44,845 nt of DNA from Candidatus Peregrinibacteria bacterium (GCA_016196295.1 JACPYA010000076.1:1-44845), one strand, 5' to 3'; counted from the stretch's first letter, positions 17,496 through 27,699 are shown. Made by a program: numbers and translations. Notes: generated by a model from the sequence alone, not told the origin.

Positions 17496-18416
17496 ATGAT
17501 CGAGTTTCAGCGTTTACTGATGGGTGACAAGGTGCGCAATGAGGCATTTGCCCGTGCGCTCAAGAACGTGATCGTGCCTGGGAAGTCGGTCGTCTGCGAC
17601 ATCGGGTCCGGGACGGGCTTCCTGAGCTTCCTTGCGTCGAAACTGGGCGCGAAGCACTGCTATCTCTACGAAGTCAGCGATCTCTTGAAGCTGAGCAAGA
17701 AGATCGCCCAGGAGAACGGCATCACAAACTGCACGTTCGTCCAGAAACACTCGACGGAGGTGAAGAGCCCGCCCGAAGCGGACATCGTCCTTGCGGAGAT
17801 GCTGGGCAACCACGCGCTCGAGGAGAACATCATCGAGACGCTTGGGGACGCGAAGCGATTCCTGAAACCCGGTGGCGTGATGATCCCGCAGGCGCTTACG
17901 CAGGTCATCGCTCCCGTCATGAGCAGCCGCCTCTGGATGGAGATCAACGTATGGGATGACATCGGGTTCGCTCTCTCCTTCTCCGCCGCCAAACGTGCCA
18001 CGTTGGAAAATGTGTATGTGCGAGACATCGAGAAAGAGGATTTTCCGGGGAATGCGGTGAAACCCCTCGATCATATCAAGTTTCTCGAGGAGAATGCGAG
18101 CGTGCGCGATGCCAATGTCTCCTGGGACTCCCTTGCAGGACCGGTCTACGGCTTCGCCCTGTGGTGGGATGCGCTGCTCGTGCCAGGCATCACGCTCTCC
18201 ACAAGCCCCCTGAGTGCGCCCACACACTGGAAGCAGATCTTCTTGCCCGCGCTCATGCCGCTCACGCTCCAATCGGGCGATCATTTGGAACTCTCGGTGC
18301 ACAGCGACTCGCGCTACCACGTGAAGATCAACCTCGTGTGGAAAATCACGCAGCGGAGGGGAAAGAAAGTAGTGGCAGAGCAGGAGATGGATATGCGGAG
18401 AGGACAAATAGATTGA
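17496..18416 (+). CDS. Protein arginine N-methyltransferase (PRMT)-like SAM-dependent methyltransferase
   Basis: D.VRNEAF, VCDIGSGTG, double-E loop DIVLAEMLGNHALEE, FLKPGG, THW loop PTHWKQ; start reassigned to 17496. Confidence 0.85.
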   Translation: MIEFQRLLMGDKVRNEAFARALKNVIVPGKSVVCDIGSGTGFLSFLASKLGAKHCYLYEVSDLLKLSKKIAQENGITNCTFVQKHSTEVKSPPEADIVLAEMLGNHALEENIIETLGDAKRFLKPGGVMIPQALTQVIAPVMSSRLWMEINVWDDIGFALSFSAAKRATLENVYVRDIEKEDFPGNAVKPLDHIKFLEENASVRDANVSWDSLAGPVYGFALWWDALLVPGITLSTSPLSAPTHWKQIFLPALMPLTLQSGDHLELSVHSDSRYHVKINLVWKITQRRGKKVVAEQEMDMRRGQID

Positions 18417-18424
18417 TTGTTCCA

Positions 18425-18462
18425 CCCTCACCCTAGCCCTCTCCCTCCTTGAGGGAGAGGGA
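18425..18462. repeat. CCCTCACCC..CCCTCTCCC hairpin between convergent genes
   Basis: ccctcaccctagccctctccctccttgagggagaggga. Confidence 0.7.
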
Positions 18463-18484
18463 AGAGCTCCCCGGGTTAAGGACG

Positions 18485-19702
18485 CTAAAACTCAAACCTC
18501 ATCGGCAACGGCCAGCTGGATCCTTTTGTGAAGAGCACTTGGTAGAGCTGGGCTCTCCCATAGCGAAAAGCCGCCTCGCAGGATTGCAGGTAATAGCTCC
18601 ACATGCGTAAGAACCGCGTGTCGAACGGAGCGCCGAGACCTGCGATCCGCTCGGTGTTTGCTTGAAAGATCTCGTGCCAGCGCCTCAGCGTCTCCGCGTA
18701 GTGCGGTTTCCAATTTTCGACGTGCACGACATTCAGTCCCGCCGCGCGCATTTCTGCTGCGATCTCGCTCAAACGCGGCAAGCGGCCTCCCGGAAAAATG
18801 TAGCGCTGGATCCACGGGTCCGGCCCTCTAGCCGGCGGCTCCGTACTGCCGATCGCATGGAGCAGCCCGGTGCCTCCCTCTCGCAGAAGCTTCTTCACCT
18901 GCCGCATGAACGTTCCGTACTGTCCTTTGCCTACGTGCTCGAACATCCCGATGCTCACGATCTTGTCGAACTCTCCTTGCACCTCCCGATAATCTTTGAG
19001 TGCGACTTCGATGCGTCCCGCGTATCCCGCTTGGCGAAAGACCTCCGTCGCCCAGACCTGCTGATTGTTGCTGAGCGTGACGCCGAGGCCGGAGACGCCG
19101 TGCTTCTCCGCCGCATGGAGGAGCATCGTGCCCCATCCGCAGCCGATATCCAGCAGGCGATCGCCCGGAGCGAGCATCAGTTTCCGCGAGATGCGCTCAT
19201 GCTTCTGGCGCTGCAGGTCGTCGATCGTATCTTTGTCACTCTTCAGGTAGCCGCAGGAGTACGTCATCGACGGTCCCAGGAACGTTCGGTAGAACTCATT
19301 GCCGAGGTCATAATGAAACGACGCGTTCTTGCGACTGCGCCCCTTCGTGAGCGGGAGCGTGCGCAGGTAGAAGAGAGCCGTCCTAAGCATCTGTCCGCGC
19401 GACATCCGGATCTTTTTCCCCAGACGATTCAGAAGCAGGATCCCGATGAAGTCCGTGATGCCGCCCCCGCGGATGTTCCACTCGTTTTCCATGTAGGACT
19501 CGCCGAGCCCGAGCGATGGGTTCTGAAACACGCGTTCGTAGAACGCCGGCGACTCGATGACGAGCTCCGCTTTCGGCAGGCTGCCTGCCTTGCCAAACAT
19601 TTGCCGCAGGCCTCCCGGGTGCTCGACCGTCAGTTCCCCCTGATCGATATGTTTCAACACAGACTCCAGTGCGCGGATGTATTTGGTTTCGTTTTGAGTC
19701 AT
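18485..19702 (-). CDS. cfa: Cyclopropane-fatty-acyl-phospholipid synthase family methyltransferase
   Basis: GLGESYM, HYDLGNEFY, MTYSCGY, LDIGCGWG, SIGMFEHVG, YIFPGG, HYAETL. Confidence 0.93.
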   Translation of the reverse strand: MTQNETKYIRALESVLKHIDQGELTVEHPGGLRQMFGKAGSLPKAELVIESPAFYERVFQNPSLGLGESYMENEWNIRGGGITDFIGILLLNRLGKKIRMSRGQMLRTALFYLRTLPLTKGRSRKNASFHYDLGNEFYRTFLGPSMTYSCGYLKSDKDTIDDLQRQKHERISRKLMLAPGDRLLDIGCGWGTMLLHAAEKHGVSGLGVTLSNNQQVWATEVFRQAGYAGRIEVALKDYREVQGEFDKIVSIGMFEHVGKGQYGTFMRQVKKLLREGGTGLLHAIGSTEPPARGPDPWIQRYIFPGGRLPRLSEIAAEMRAAGLNVVHVENWKPHYAETLRRWHEIFQANTERIAGLGAPFDTRFLRMWSYYLQSCEAAFRYGRAQLYQVLFTKGSSWPLPMRFEF

Positions 19703-19759
19703 GTTCGGTCATTGTACCTCTCGTCTGGTCGAGCTGCCATGATTTCGGCGAGAAAAAGA

Positions 19760-19850
19760 AACCAGGGAGACCAATGGGACCAAGGAAACCGATGAGACCA
19801 ACGATAAAAAATACATCCTTGGTTTCCTCCTCGGAAACTCCATTGCTCCC
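19760..19850. repeat. 9-mer tandem micro-repeat with partial inverted arm
   Basis: aaccaggga gaccaatgg gaccaagga aaccgatga gaccaacga ... tccttggtt. Confidence 0.65.
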
Positions 19851-19877
19851 ACCCGCGTGCGGACTACAATAATTCCC

Positions 19878-20447
19878 ATGCGTCTCTTCGCCCTCGAGAC
19901 CGACATCGACAAGCTTAAGCGTCCGTTCCTCTCGGCCGATGAACAGGAAATCATGACCGTGTACTTCCACGGCTTTCGGTTCTTCATCGCGTTCACGGCA
20001 AATATCCTCTGGACGCTCTTCCTCGTCGGCGTGCTGATCGTACTCGGGTACGCGCGTATCCCGCCGCTGTGGCTCACGACATCGGGCTCTGTCATCTGGT
20101 TCTTCTTCATCTTCATCCCGATCGTGAAGGCGTTTCTTGACTGGCGCTACGACTTCATCCTCGTCACCTCCGACAAAGTGATCGTGGTCGATCAGTCCTC
20201 GTTCTTCCATCAGAAGATCACGCCAATGAACCTCGAGAACTTCGCGAGCGTCAGCACGGAAACGCAATTTTGGAATTTATTCCCGTTTGGCATGCTGCGC
20301 TTCAACCTGAAAGAGGGGACGGGAGAGGGCGTGGATCTGCCGTACATCCCGCATGTCCATCACGTCGCGTCGAAGATCTCCGATGCGATCACTATCTTTC
20401 AGAGGCGGAAGGATTTGAGAAGATACGGATCGGGACAGGAAGGATGA
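19878..20447 (+). CDS. Membrane protein with bacterial PH-like domain
   Basis: Two TMs followed by WRYDFILVTSDKVIVVDQ..FGML; TACAAT 7 nt upstream. Confidence 0.78.
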   Translation: MRLFALETDIDKLKRPFLSADEQEIMTVYFHGFRFFIAFTANILWTLFLVGVLIVLGYARIPPLWLTTSGSVIWFFFIFIPIVKAFLDWRYDFILVTSDKVIVVDQSSFFHQKITPMNLENFASVSTETQFWNLFPFGMLRFNLKEGTGEGVDLPYIPHVHHVASKISDAITIFQRRKDLRRYGSGQEG

Positions 20448-20451
20448 CCCT

Positions 20452-20577
20452 CCTTCGTCCTCCCGCATGTGCGGGACGGGACTTCGGACGGGCGGGCAGG
20501 CAAAGAAGACAAGGAAGACAAAGACAATCAAGAGCACACGAGGATTCGTTGTCGTCGTTGCCATCTTTGTCGTCTTA
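20452..20577. repeat. REP family A variant followed by inverted 9-mer micro-repeat
   Basis: ccttcgtcc[tcccgcatgtgcggga]cgggacttcggacgggcgg; ggcaaagaa gacaaggaa gacaaagac ... ttcgttgtc gtcgttgcc atctttgtc. Confidence 0.65.
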
Positions 20578-20598
20578 TACCATTGACGTCGGCGTATC

Positions 20599-21036
20599 AT
20601 GACACCCGTCCTTCCCCACTTTTCTATGATGAACATGATCAGCTCGCCGGGCGTGTCCGCTTTCGTGTGGTTGTGGATCATCCACTCCATTGCGGTCTTC
20701 CTCTCCGGCGTCGGATTGCTGCTCCTCTTCGTCTGGGCGATCAAAACATTCACGCATCATCAATTGAAGAGCTGGGGGCTCTCGCTGCTGATCAGCGGCA
20801 TTCTCCTCTGCCTCTTCACGGTCGTCATGAAAGGAGGGCCGTGGATCGGCGGAGGGTACGGCTATGGCAGAATGATGCGGGGCAATAACATGGTGATCAA
20901 GAGAGATATGATGGAGCAACTCAGGGATCGGATGATGGACTACAATCCGCGGTCGAATGCTGCGGAGTTCGAGGACATGCGTGAGATGATGGAGGACATC
21001 ATGGATGATCAGGATGGTCGCGGGATGATGCGCTAA
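20599..21036 (+). CDS. Membrane protein with Met-rich C-terminus
   Basis: Two TMs followed by Met-rich GRMMRG..MMEQL..MREMMEDIM; start uncertain. Confidence 0.7.
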   Translation: MTPVLPHFSMMNMISSPGVSAFVWLWIIHSIAVFLSGVGLLLLFVWAIKTFTHHQLKSWGLSLLISGILLCLFTVVMKGGPWIGGGYGYGRMMRGNNMVIKRDMMEQLRDRMMDYNPRSNAAEFEDMREMMEDIMDDQDGRGMMR

Positions 21037-21045
21037 ACTCTGTCC

Positions 21046-22050
21046 ATGATCGTTTCTCCCCAGCGAGGCATTCTCTTCCTCGAAGTGGATGCGGAAGATC
21101 GCCCTCTCGTGCTCGAGCGCTTTCCCGAGGCCCAGATTCTCGATCGTCCTCTGGACGGTGATGCCATCCTGAAAGAAGCCAATAAGGCGGAGATCATTTC
21201 CTGCTTCGTCCAGAGTTCGTTCGACGCACAAACCTTGAAAAAGCTTCCACAACTGAAACTGCTCTGCACGCGGTCGGTGGGCTACGATCACATCGACCTT
21301 GAGGCTGCGAAGAAACAGCGTATCACCGTGTGTAATGTTCCAGACTACGGTTCGTACGTCATTGCGGAGCATGTGTTCGCGTTGTTGCTTGGAACCCTGC
21401 GCCACGTCGAAGAAGGGGACAAGCGCGTGGAAGGAGGCACGTTCGATTACCATGGCCTCCGAGGGGTTGCCCTCTTCGGGAAGACGATGGGCATCGTGGG
21501 CACGGGCCGCATCGGGAGGCATGTGGCGAAGATCGCCTGCGGCTTCGGGATGAACATCCTTGCCGTCGATCAGTGCCGCACGAAAGAACTCGAGGAAAAG
21601 TTCGGGGTGCGGTATGTTTCGATGGAAGAGCTGCTTTCTGGAAGCGACGTTGTGACGCTCCATTTGCCCGCGACGAACGAGACGGAGCACATGCTGGATC
21701 GGAAAGCGTTCAAGAACATGAAACAGGGCGTCGTTCTCGTGAATACGGCCCGCGGCACCTTGATCGACTCACAAGCATTGCTTGCGGCATTGAACGATGG
21801 AACGGTGGCTCACGCGCTCCTGGACGTGCTGGAACACGAGAAGAATTTTGAGGAAGATCGCGCGCTCATCGATCATCCGAACGTGGTGACCACTCCTCAT
21901 ATCGCCTTTTTTGCGGATAGCAGCATGCGCAACATGTATTTGGACGCGTTCCAATCAATCAATGAATTCTTGTCCGGAAAAGAGCCCGTGCACATTATCA
22001 AGGCGCCTGCCGTCGTTTGTGATCTGCCACGCATAAAAAAATACACGTAA
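21046..22050 (+). CDS. D-isomer-specific 2-hydroxyacid dehydrogenase (D-lactate dehydrogenase-like)
   Basis: RSVGYDHID, GTGRIG, LHLP, NTARG, LDVLE, TPHIAF. Confidence 0.92.
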   Translation: MIVSPQRGILFLEVDAEDRPLVLERFPEAQILDRPLDGDAILKEANKAEIISCFVQSSFDAQTLKKLPQLKLLCTRSVGYDHIDLEAAKKQRITVCNVPDYGSYVIAEHVFALLLGTLRHVEEGDKRVEGGTFDYHGLRGVALFGKTMGIVGTGRIGRHVAKIACGFGMNILAVDQCRTKELEEKFGVRYVSMEELLSGSDVVTLHLPATNETEHMLDRKAFKNMKQGVVLVNTARGTLIDSQALLAALNDGTVAHALLDVLEHEKNFEEDRALIDHPNVVTTPHIAFFADSSMRNMYLDAFQSINEFLSGKEPVHIIKAPAVVCDLPRIKKYT

Positions 22051-22107
22051 AGCAGATCGTCATTACATTTCGCAGGGGCTTCGTTTACGTGGTGTACAAT
22101 CCAGACG

Positions 22108-22389
22108 ATGCTGAATCTTTTTGCGTCTCCGGCCATGGCTGCAGCCATGGCGATGGTACTCGCTCTCGAATTCTTGTCCGTGGGATTTATGTTCTTGTTG
22201 GTCCTGATATTCCGACGGAGCATGTACAGAGAACAGTCGTTCCTACGTTCGTTTACGGCGCACATTCCACCGCATCTGCTGCAGGAACGGATCACGCAAT
22301 CGTTGCTTCTCTGGATCTACATCATCCTCACCCTGACCATCACATTCGTGACGTGCGGGCTCTTCACCTTCCAGCCACACGTATTGTAA
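22108..22389 (+). CDS. Small two-TM membrane protein
   Basis: TACAAT 7 nt upstream; hydrophobic segments; 2 nt from the next gene. Confidence 0.6.
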   Translation: MLNLFASPAMAAAMAMVLALEFLSVGFMFLLVLIFRRSMYREQSFLRSFTAHIPPHLLQERITQSLLLWIYIILTLTITFVTCGLFTFQPHVL

Positions 22390-22391
22390 CC

Positions 22392-22868
22392 ATGCATCAT
22401 CAATCTGACGAGCGGCTCGTTCGTGTCATGAAGGAACATTGGATGAAGTACGTTCCCTCGGTCATCATCTACATCCTCCTGACCGGCATCAGCGTGCTGC
22501 TGTTCTTCTTCGCGGGAATGGGTGTGCACCATTACATGTGGCTCTCCCACAGCACTTTCCTTATCGCGCTCACTCTCCTCTGCGTGAGCCATCACTGGTT
22601 CTTCTGGACGCTCCTGAACGAAGATTTGGGCTTGATCATCATCACCGATCGTCGAGTGATCTTCATGGAGATACGTTTGCTTTCACAGGATCATATCTAT
22701 GAAATTTCTTTTGAAAAGATGCGCATGGTGCATGCGCGTAAGCAAGGACTGTTTCAAAATATCTTCCGTTACGGAACGGTCTGGTCGGAGGGAGGGTTGA
22801 ACATTCCGCTCGTTCCGCATCCTAACAGCGTCGTTCGAGACATCGAACGGGCGATGGGCATGAAATAA
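22392..22868 (+). CDS. Membrane protein with bacterial PH-like domain (similar architecture to 19878)
   Basis: KEHW, two TMs, [19 protein letters not shown]; start reassigned to 22392. Confidence 0.78.
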   Translation: MHHQSDERLVRVMKEHWMKYVPSVIIYILLTGISVLLFFFAGMGVHHYMWLSHSTFLIALTLLCVSHHWFFWTLLNEDLGLIIITDRRVIFMEIRLLSQDHIYEISFEKMRMVHARKQGLFQNIFRYGTVWSEGGLNIPLVPHPNSVVRDIERAMGMK

Positions 22869-22869
22869 T

Positions 22870-23607
22870 ATGACGCATCCACGACCCACGCAGGCAGCCA
22901 TGCGGGCACACCTCGAACAAGAGGCCCACGGCCACGGCATCGGCGCGTTCGTCCAGGATATGGTCTACGGCGGGAATGACGGCATCGTGACGACGTTCGC
23001 AGTCGTCGCGGGAACCGTCGGAGCAGACTTTCCCTTCACGGTCATCATCGTGCTCGGGCTCGCGAACTTGCTCGCGGACGGCGTATCCATGGCGACCGGC
23101 GCGTACCTTTCGACGAAGTCGGAGCGGGACCAGTACGAGCGTCTCTGGAAGGAGGAGAGCCGTGAGATCGCCGATCATCCGGCCTTGGAGAAGGAGGAAG
23201 TCCGCTCGGCGTACGCCGCGAAAGGGTTCTCGGGAAAAGATCTCGATCGTGCGGTGGAAGTCATCACGGCGGATCGCTCCGTGTGGGTGGAGACGATGAT
23301 GGTGGAGGAGCATGGACTCACGAAGGAGCGCTCCTCTCGTCCGGCGGCCCACGGCATCGTCACCTTCTTCTCGTTCGTGTTCTTCGGGGCGATTCCGCTC
23401 CTGCCCTACCTGCTCCAAATCGACGACCGGTTCCTCATCGCGATCGTTGGAGCGCTGACCGCCATGGCGGTGCTCGGCGTTTCCCGCAGCTACATTACCC
23501 GTGAACGGATCTTCCGAGGAATTGTTGAAGTCGTGGGAGTTGGCGCCGCCAGTGCCACCGTCGCGTACGGGGTCGGTCTGTTCCTACGTGGCTGGATCGC
23601 TTTCTAG
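22870..23607 (+). CDS. VIT1/CCC1 family iron/manganese transporter
   Basis: [42 protein letters not shown]. Confidence 0.93.
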   Translation: MTHPRPTQAAMRAHLEQEAHGHGIGAFVQDMVYGGNDGIVTTFAVVAGTVGADFPFTVIIVLGLANLLADGVSMATGAYLSTKSERDQYERLWKEESREIADHPALEKEEVRSAYAAKGFSGKDLDRAVEVITADRSVWVETMMVEEHGLTKERSSRPAAHGIVTFFSFVFFGAIPLLPYLLQIDDRFLIAIVGALTAMAVLGVSRSYITRERIFRGIVEVVGVGAASATVAYGVGLFLRGWIAF

Positions 23608-25034
23608 TACGCCTTCGCAAACAATGCCCACTCTTTGGCTGTCTCTCCGGAAAGCATGTCCTTCTTCCCCTTTGCGTGCTTGGCGTCCCCGAGCAGGCGA
23701 ATCGTCGCTTTCGTTTTATCCTTGATGGCATTCGCGGTCTTCATGGTGCCATCCCACGGCGCCCAGACGAACCCTCCTTCCCCGTCGATATGTTTTTGGA
23801 GGTCTTTCATCGTGTCCGCTTCGTACGTGTGGTCGTCCATGTACTTCTTCGCTTGGGCGTAGAGAGATTCTTGGATGTTCTGGAGTACTGTCTGCAGGAA
23901 GAAGGTCTCGCACGTCGCCATCGGCAAGCTCTCCTTCGCTCCCGTATCGCGGCGGCACGTCATCACCGCTTTCTTCTCGAGGTCTTTGGGGCCGATCTCG
24001 ATCCTGAGCGGCACGCCTTTCACCTCCCACTCGTTGAACTTGAAGCCCGGCGACTTCTCGTCGCGGTCATCGATGCGCACGCGCAGCTCGGAACCGATCT
24101 GCTCCTTAAGCTTCGTGCAGGCATCCTGCACGGCTTTGCGCTCTGCATCGGTCTTGTAGATCGGCACAATGACGATCTGGATCGGCGCGAGGGAAGGGGG
24201 CAGCCGCAGCCCTTTCTCGTCGCCGTGCACGACGATCACGGTTCCGATGAGGCGCGTCGAAACCCCCCAGCTCGTGATCCACGGCCGCTGCGACTTGCCT
24301 GCTTCGTCGAGGAACGAGAGGTCGTAGGCCTCGGAGAACCCTTGGCCGAGGTTGTGGGACGTACCCGCTTGGATCGCCTTGCCGTCCTTCGCGAGCGCTT
24401 CCGTCGTGAGCGTGTAGAGCGCGCCCGCAAACTTGTCGTGGTCGGGCTTGCGTCCCTGCAGCACGGGGAGCGCGAGGAACTCCCGGTCGAAATCGACGTA
24501 CATCTGCAGCGCCGCTTCCGCCATCTCATCCGCTTCGGCCTTCGTCGCGTGCGCGGTGTGTCCTTCCTGCCAGAGGAATTCCAACGTCCGGAGGAACGGG
24601 CGCGTGCGCATCTCCCACCGGACGATGTTCGCCCACTGGTTGATCTTCAGCGGCAGATCCCTGTGGCTTTGGATCCACTTCGCGAACGTCGCATAGATGA
24701 TGGTCTCGCTCGTCGGGCGGACGTAGAGTTTCTCCGTGAGCTCCTTGCCGCCGCCGTGCGTCACGACCGCGCACTCCGGTGCAAATCCCTTCACGTGCGC
24801 CTGCTCCTTCGCCATCACGGACTCCGGGATGAAGAGCGGGAAGTACGCGTTCTGGACCCCAAGCGCCTTGATGCGACTGTCCATGTCGCGCTGCATCGCT
24901 TCCCAAAGGGCGTACCCGTATGGCTTGAAGATGATGCAGCCCTTCACGATCGCATGTTCCGCGAGGCCCGCCTCCGCGATCACGTCCAAGTACCACTGCG
25001 GGAAATCTGTTTTTGGGTCGGCGAGGCGGGGCAT
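23604..25034 (-). CDS. proS: Proline--tRNA ligase (archaeal/eukaryote type)
   Basis: [39 protein letters not shown]-terminal FAKAY. Confidence 0.97.
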   Translation of the reverse strand: MPRLADPKTDFPQWYLDVIAEAGLAEHAIVKGCIIFKPYGYALWEAMQRDMDSRIKALGVQNAYFPLFIPESVMAKEQAHVKGFAPECAVVTHGGGKELTEKLYVRPTSETIIYATFAKWIQSHRDLPLKINQWANIVRWEMRTRPFLRTLEFLWQEGHTAHATKAEADEMAEAALQMYVDFDREFLALPVLQGRKPDHDKFAGALYTLTTEALAKDGKAIQAGTSHNLGQGFSEAYDLSFLDEAGKSQRPWITSWGVSTRLIGTVIVVHGDEKGLRLPPSLAPIQIVIVPIYKTDAERKAVQDACTKLKEQIGSELRVRIDDRDEKSPGFKFNEWEVKGVPLRIEIGPKDLEKKAVMTCRRDTGAKESLPMATCETFFLQTVLQNIQESLYAQAKKYMDDHTYEADTMKDLQKHIDGEGGFVWAPWDGTMKTANAIKDKTKATIRLLGDAKHAKGKKDMLSGETAKEWALFAKAY

Positions 25035-25097
25035 GGGGATATGCTAGCAACGCGGGATGACGTTGTCATTGCTTCCAAATCGGTCGGAGACAGGTTA

Positions 25098-25184
25098 TTG
25101 GTTGATTAGTTTTTGGTTTTTCGTTCACATACTCAAGCTTGCCGTGAGCATAACCAAAAACTAAAAACCAAAAACCAATCAACG
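25098..25184. repeat. Inverted 7-mer micro-repeat element
   Basis: ttggttg attagtt tttggtt tttcgtt ... aaccaaa aactaaa aaccaaa aaccaat. Confidence 0.75.
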
Positions 25185-26501
25185 GTCCTTCAGGACCACC
25201 CTCCATATACTGCTTCCTCCCTCCGTCTCGTACCCTCGCACCGTGTGGATGATGTGGCTGTGCGCAGGGATGTGGTCTTCCTCCGTGCCCGGCGGGAGCC
25301 GGGGGCAGACGCCGTGGTCGGTAATGGAGAGGGGATACGTTCCCGTGTAGATGTAGCCATCCGGACCGACGGTCCAATCCACCGTCATCTCCATGTGCGC
25401 CACGTGATCATTGGCATTGAGCGTGCCATTGCCGTCGAAGCGCAGCGCGCGGATCCACCCCGCGCAGAAATCTCCGTAGAGGATCTTGTCCGTGAGCTGC
25501 CCGTGGTAGCGATCGACGGGCGGATCATGATACTCCACGCCCACCCAGCCCGTGCGGTGCTCCGTGAACGCGCCGAATGGATCTTCTTTCCGAAATGCTT
25601 CCTTCAAGTGGTGCCCCCAGGAGAGAATCGGTTGGGTAAATCCGGTGCAATTTCCGCGACAGGGTCCTTCGTGGAGGGGCCAACCGAAGTTCTGCCCCGG
25701 CGCGGTGACGACATTGAGCTCCTCGAAGATGTTCGCGCCGACGTCCCCGACGACATACCATCCTTTGCTGTCGCGGATTCCCCGCCACGGCATCCGAAAG
25801 CCGTACGCATACGTTACGGGACTCTTGCCCGATCCTTCCTCGAAGGGATTTCCTTCCGCGGGCAGGTATCCTCCCGCATTCGGATCGCGATTGGGCATCA
25901 CCCGCAGGAGGGCTCCCAGGTTCTGTGCGGCTCCCTGCACGGCACTCGATACATCTTTTTCCCCGGTGAAGATCCAGAGCGTGCCGTCCGGGTCGAAGCC
26001 GATGGATCCGACCGCGTGGAGCGAGTACACGGCCTCCGGCGTGCCGAAGGAAATGATTTCCCGGGCGGATGCGGGAATCGCGGCATAATTGCCCGGGTCA
26101 AAGGTGATGCGCGTGACCGCAGTAAACTGGGGACTGACACAGTGCGCGAAGTAGACATACTGATTATTCTCAAAATCCGGGTCCACCGCGATCGAGAGGA
26201 GTCCGCAGTCGTGCTTGTGATGCACGGGCAGCGAAAAGCCGCCGAGCTTCTTTGCGCGATTTCCCTCCAAGCGGTAGTGAAGGACCGTGCCGTCTTGGAG
26301 GATTGCGAGGAATTCGGAGCCTCCCCCCTTGGGGGGCAGAAACCGAAAACCGGTGAGGAACATGAGCGATCCCTCCACATCGATCTCCTCGAACGTGAGG
26401 ATGGCGTTTTCGGACGCGGGCAGGGGGTCGCCTGCGCGGCTCTGGATGGAGATGGAACACGCAGCGAGGAAAAAAGCCGAGACAAGGACGGCATAGCGCA
26501 T
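25179..26501 (-). CDS. Glucose/sorbosone dehydrogenase-like beta-propeller lipoprotein
   Basis: Lipobox LAAC, GLLSIAVDPDF, FDPDG.L, YAYGFRMPW, GQNFGWP; start reassigned to 26501. Confidence 0.85.
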   Translation of the reverse strand: MRYAVLVSAFFLAACSISIQSRAGDPLPASENAILTFEEIDVEGSLMFLTGFRFLPPKGGGSEFLAILQDGTVLHYRLEGNRAKKLGGFSLPVHHKHDCGLLSIAVDPDFENNQYVYFAHCVSPQFTAVTRITFDPGNYAAIPASAREIISFGTPEAVYSLHAVGSIGFDPDGTLWIFTGEKDVSSAVQGAAQNLGALLRVMPNRDPNAGGYLPAEGNPFEEGSGKSPVTYAYGFRMPWRGIRDSKGWYVVGDVGANIFEELNVVTAPGQNFGWPLHEGPCRGNCTGFTQPILSWGHHLKEAFRKEDPFGAFTEHRTGWVGVEYHDPPVDRYHGQLTDKILYGDFCAGWIRALRFDGNGTLNANDHVAHMEMTVDWTVGPDGYIYTGTYPLSITDHGVCPRLPPGTEEDHIPAHSHIIHTVRGYETEGGSSIWRVVLKDR

Positions 26502-26654
26502 GGGGGATAGGGTATCGGTGAATCGATGAGTCTTCAAAACGTTTTTGGTTCTTCGTTCGAAGAATCCGCATTGTCACTACACTGAAAAAACGAATAAACC
26601 AATAAACGAATAAACGAGTCCGCGATCGCATGTGGAGCTTGCTATACTCCCGCA

Positions 26655-27176
26655 ATGATCCGATTCTGGACGTGGTACGAGCGCAACGAGCGGCTGTATC
26701 TGATCCTGGCGACGGCGCTCTTCGCGCTGCAACTGATCCACCTCTATTGGCTGACGACGGATGTCGCGCTCTTCCGGTTGCTTGGGGAGAGCTTTTTCCA
26801 GCCGTCCCGCGCGTGGGAGCTCCTCATCATTGCCGTGGATTACACGGAGATTCCCGCGCTCATCTCCACGTCTCTCATCTACGTGCATGATTTCCAGAAA
26901 GGAAAAAAGCTGCGCAGCATCCTCTTCCTGCTCTTCCTGAACTCTCAGTGGCTGCATATCTTCTGGATCACCGATGAGTTCGTCGTCGCGCACATCACGA
27001 GCGACATGCCAGATACCGTGCTTCCGCACTGGCTCGCGTGGGTGGCCATCTTGATTGACTACCTGGAGCTGCCGGTTATCGTCGATACCATGCGCCGTGT
27101 GATCTACGCGCTCCGGACGAAGAACACGAAGGTGTTGCTGCGAGAGTTCGGGCGAGAATCATTGTGGAGGAGATAA
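26655..27176 (+). CDS. Conserved membrane protein with duplicated DYxExP motif
   Basis: VDYTEIPAL / IDYLELPVI; QLIHLYW / QWLHIFW; TATACT 6 nt upstream. Confidence 0.78.
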   Translation: MIRFWTWYERNERLYLILATALFALQLIHLYWLTTDVALFRLLGESFFQPSRAWELLIIAVDYTEIPALISTSLIYVHDFQKGKKLRSILFLLFLNSQWLHIFWITDEFVVAHITSDMPDTVLPHWLAWVAILIDYLELPVIVDTMRRVIYALRTKNTKVLLREFGRESLWRR

Positions 27177-27177
27177 A

Positions 27178-27250
27178 CAGACGCAGCAGAAACAAGACGC
27201 AAGAAACGAGAAACAAAACGACGATGTGTCTTGCGTCTTGCAGCTTGTTT
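27178..27250. repeat. Inverted 7-mer micro-repeat element between convergent genes
   Basis: aagacgc aagaaac gagaaac ... tgtcttg cgtcttg cagcttg. Confidence 0.7.
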
Positions 27251-27258
27251 TTTATCGC

Positions 27259-27678
27259 TCAACTCAGCCAGATGCCGACCAACGTCACGGCTGCGCCAAA
27301 AACAATGCCACCCAGGACCTCCAGGAACGAGTGGCCCAGGTTCACCGAGAGCTTCTGCCATTTCTGCAAACGATTGAGCAGCTCCGCCTGGCGGCCGACC
27401 TCGCGCCGCACGCCCATCGCGTCGTACCAGACGATGGCCGCGAAGCAGAATGCGATCGCAAACTCCACGGACTCGATCCCTCGCTTGTGTTCGACGATCA
27501 TGAGGAGCGATGTGACGAACGCACTGTGACTGCTGGGCATGCCGCCACTGCGAAAGAGGCGCTCGTGCCAGTTTCCGGTCCGGATTCCTTCTACGGCAAT
27601 CTTCACGAGCTCGCTCAAAACCAGCACGAAGAGGGGAATGAGGAAGAGGTAGGCTCGCAAGTACTCGTGGAGGAGCAT
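27259..27678 (-). CDS. Divergent PAP2 (DUF212) family protein
   Basis: SGGMPSSHSA, YDAMGVRR..GRQA..LN, LGHS..EV. Confidence 0.92.
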   Translation of the reverse strand: MLLHEYLRAYLFLIPLFVLVLSELVKIAVEGIRTGNWHERLFRSGGMPSSHSAFVTSLLMIVEHKRGIESVEFAIAFCFAAIVWYDAMGVRREVGRQAELLNRLQKWQKLSVNLGHSFLEVLGGIVFGAAVTLVGIWLS

Positions 27679-27699
27679 GGCCTGTATTTTATCTGCACT

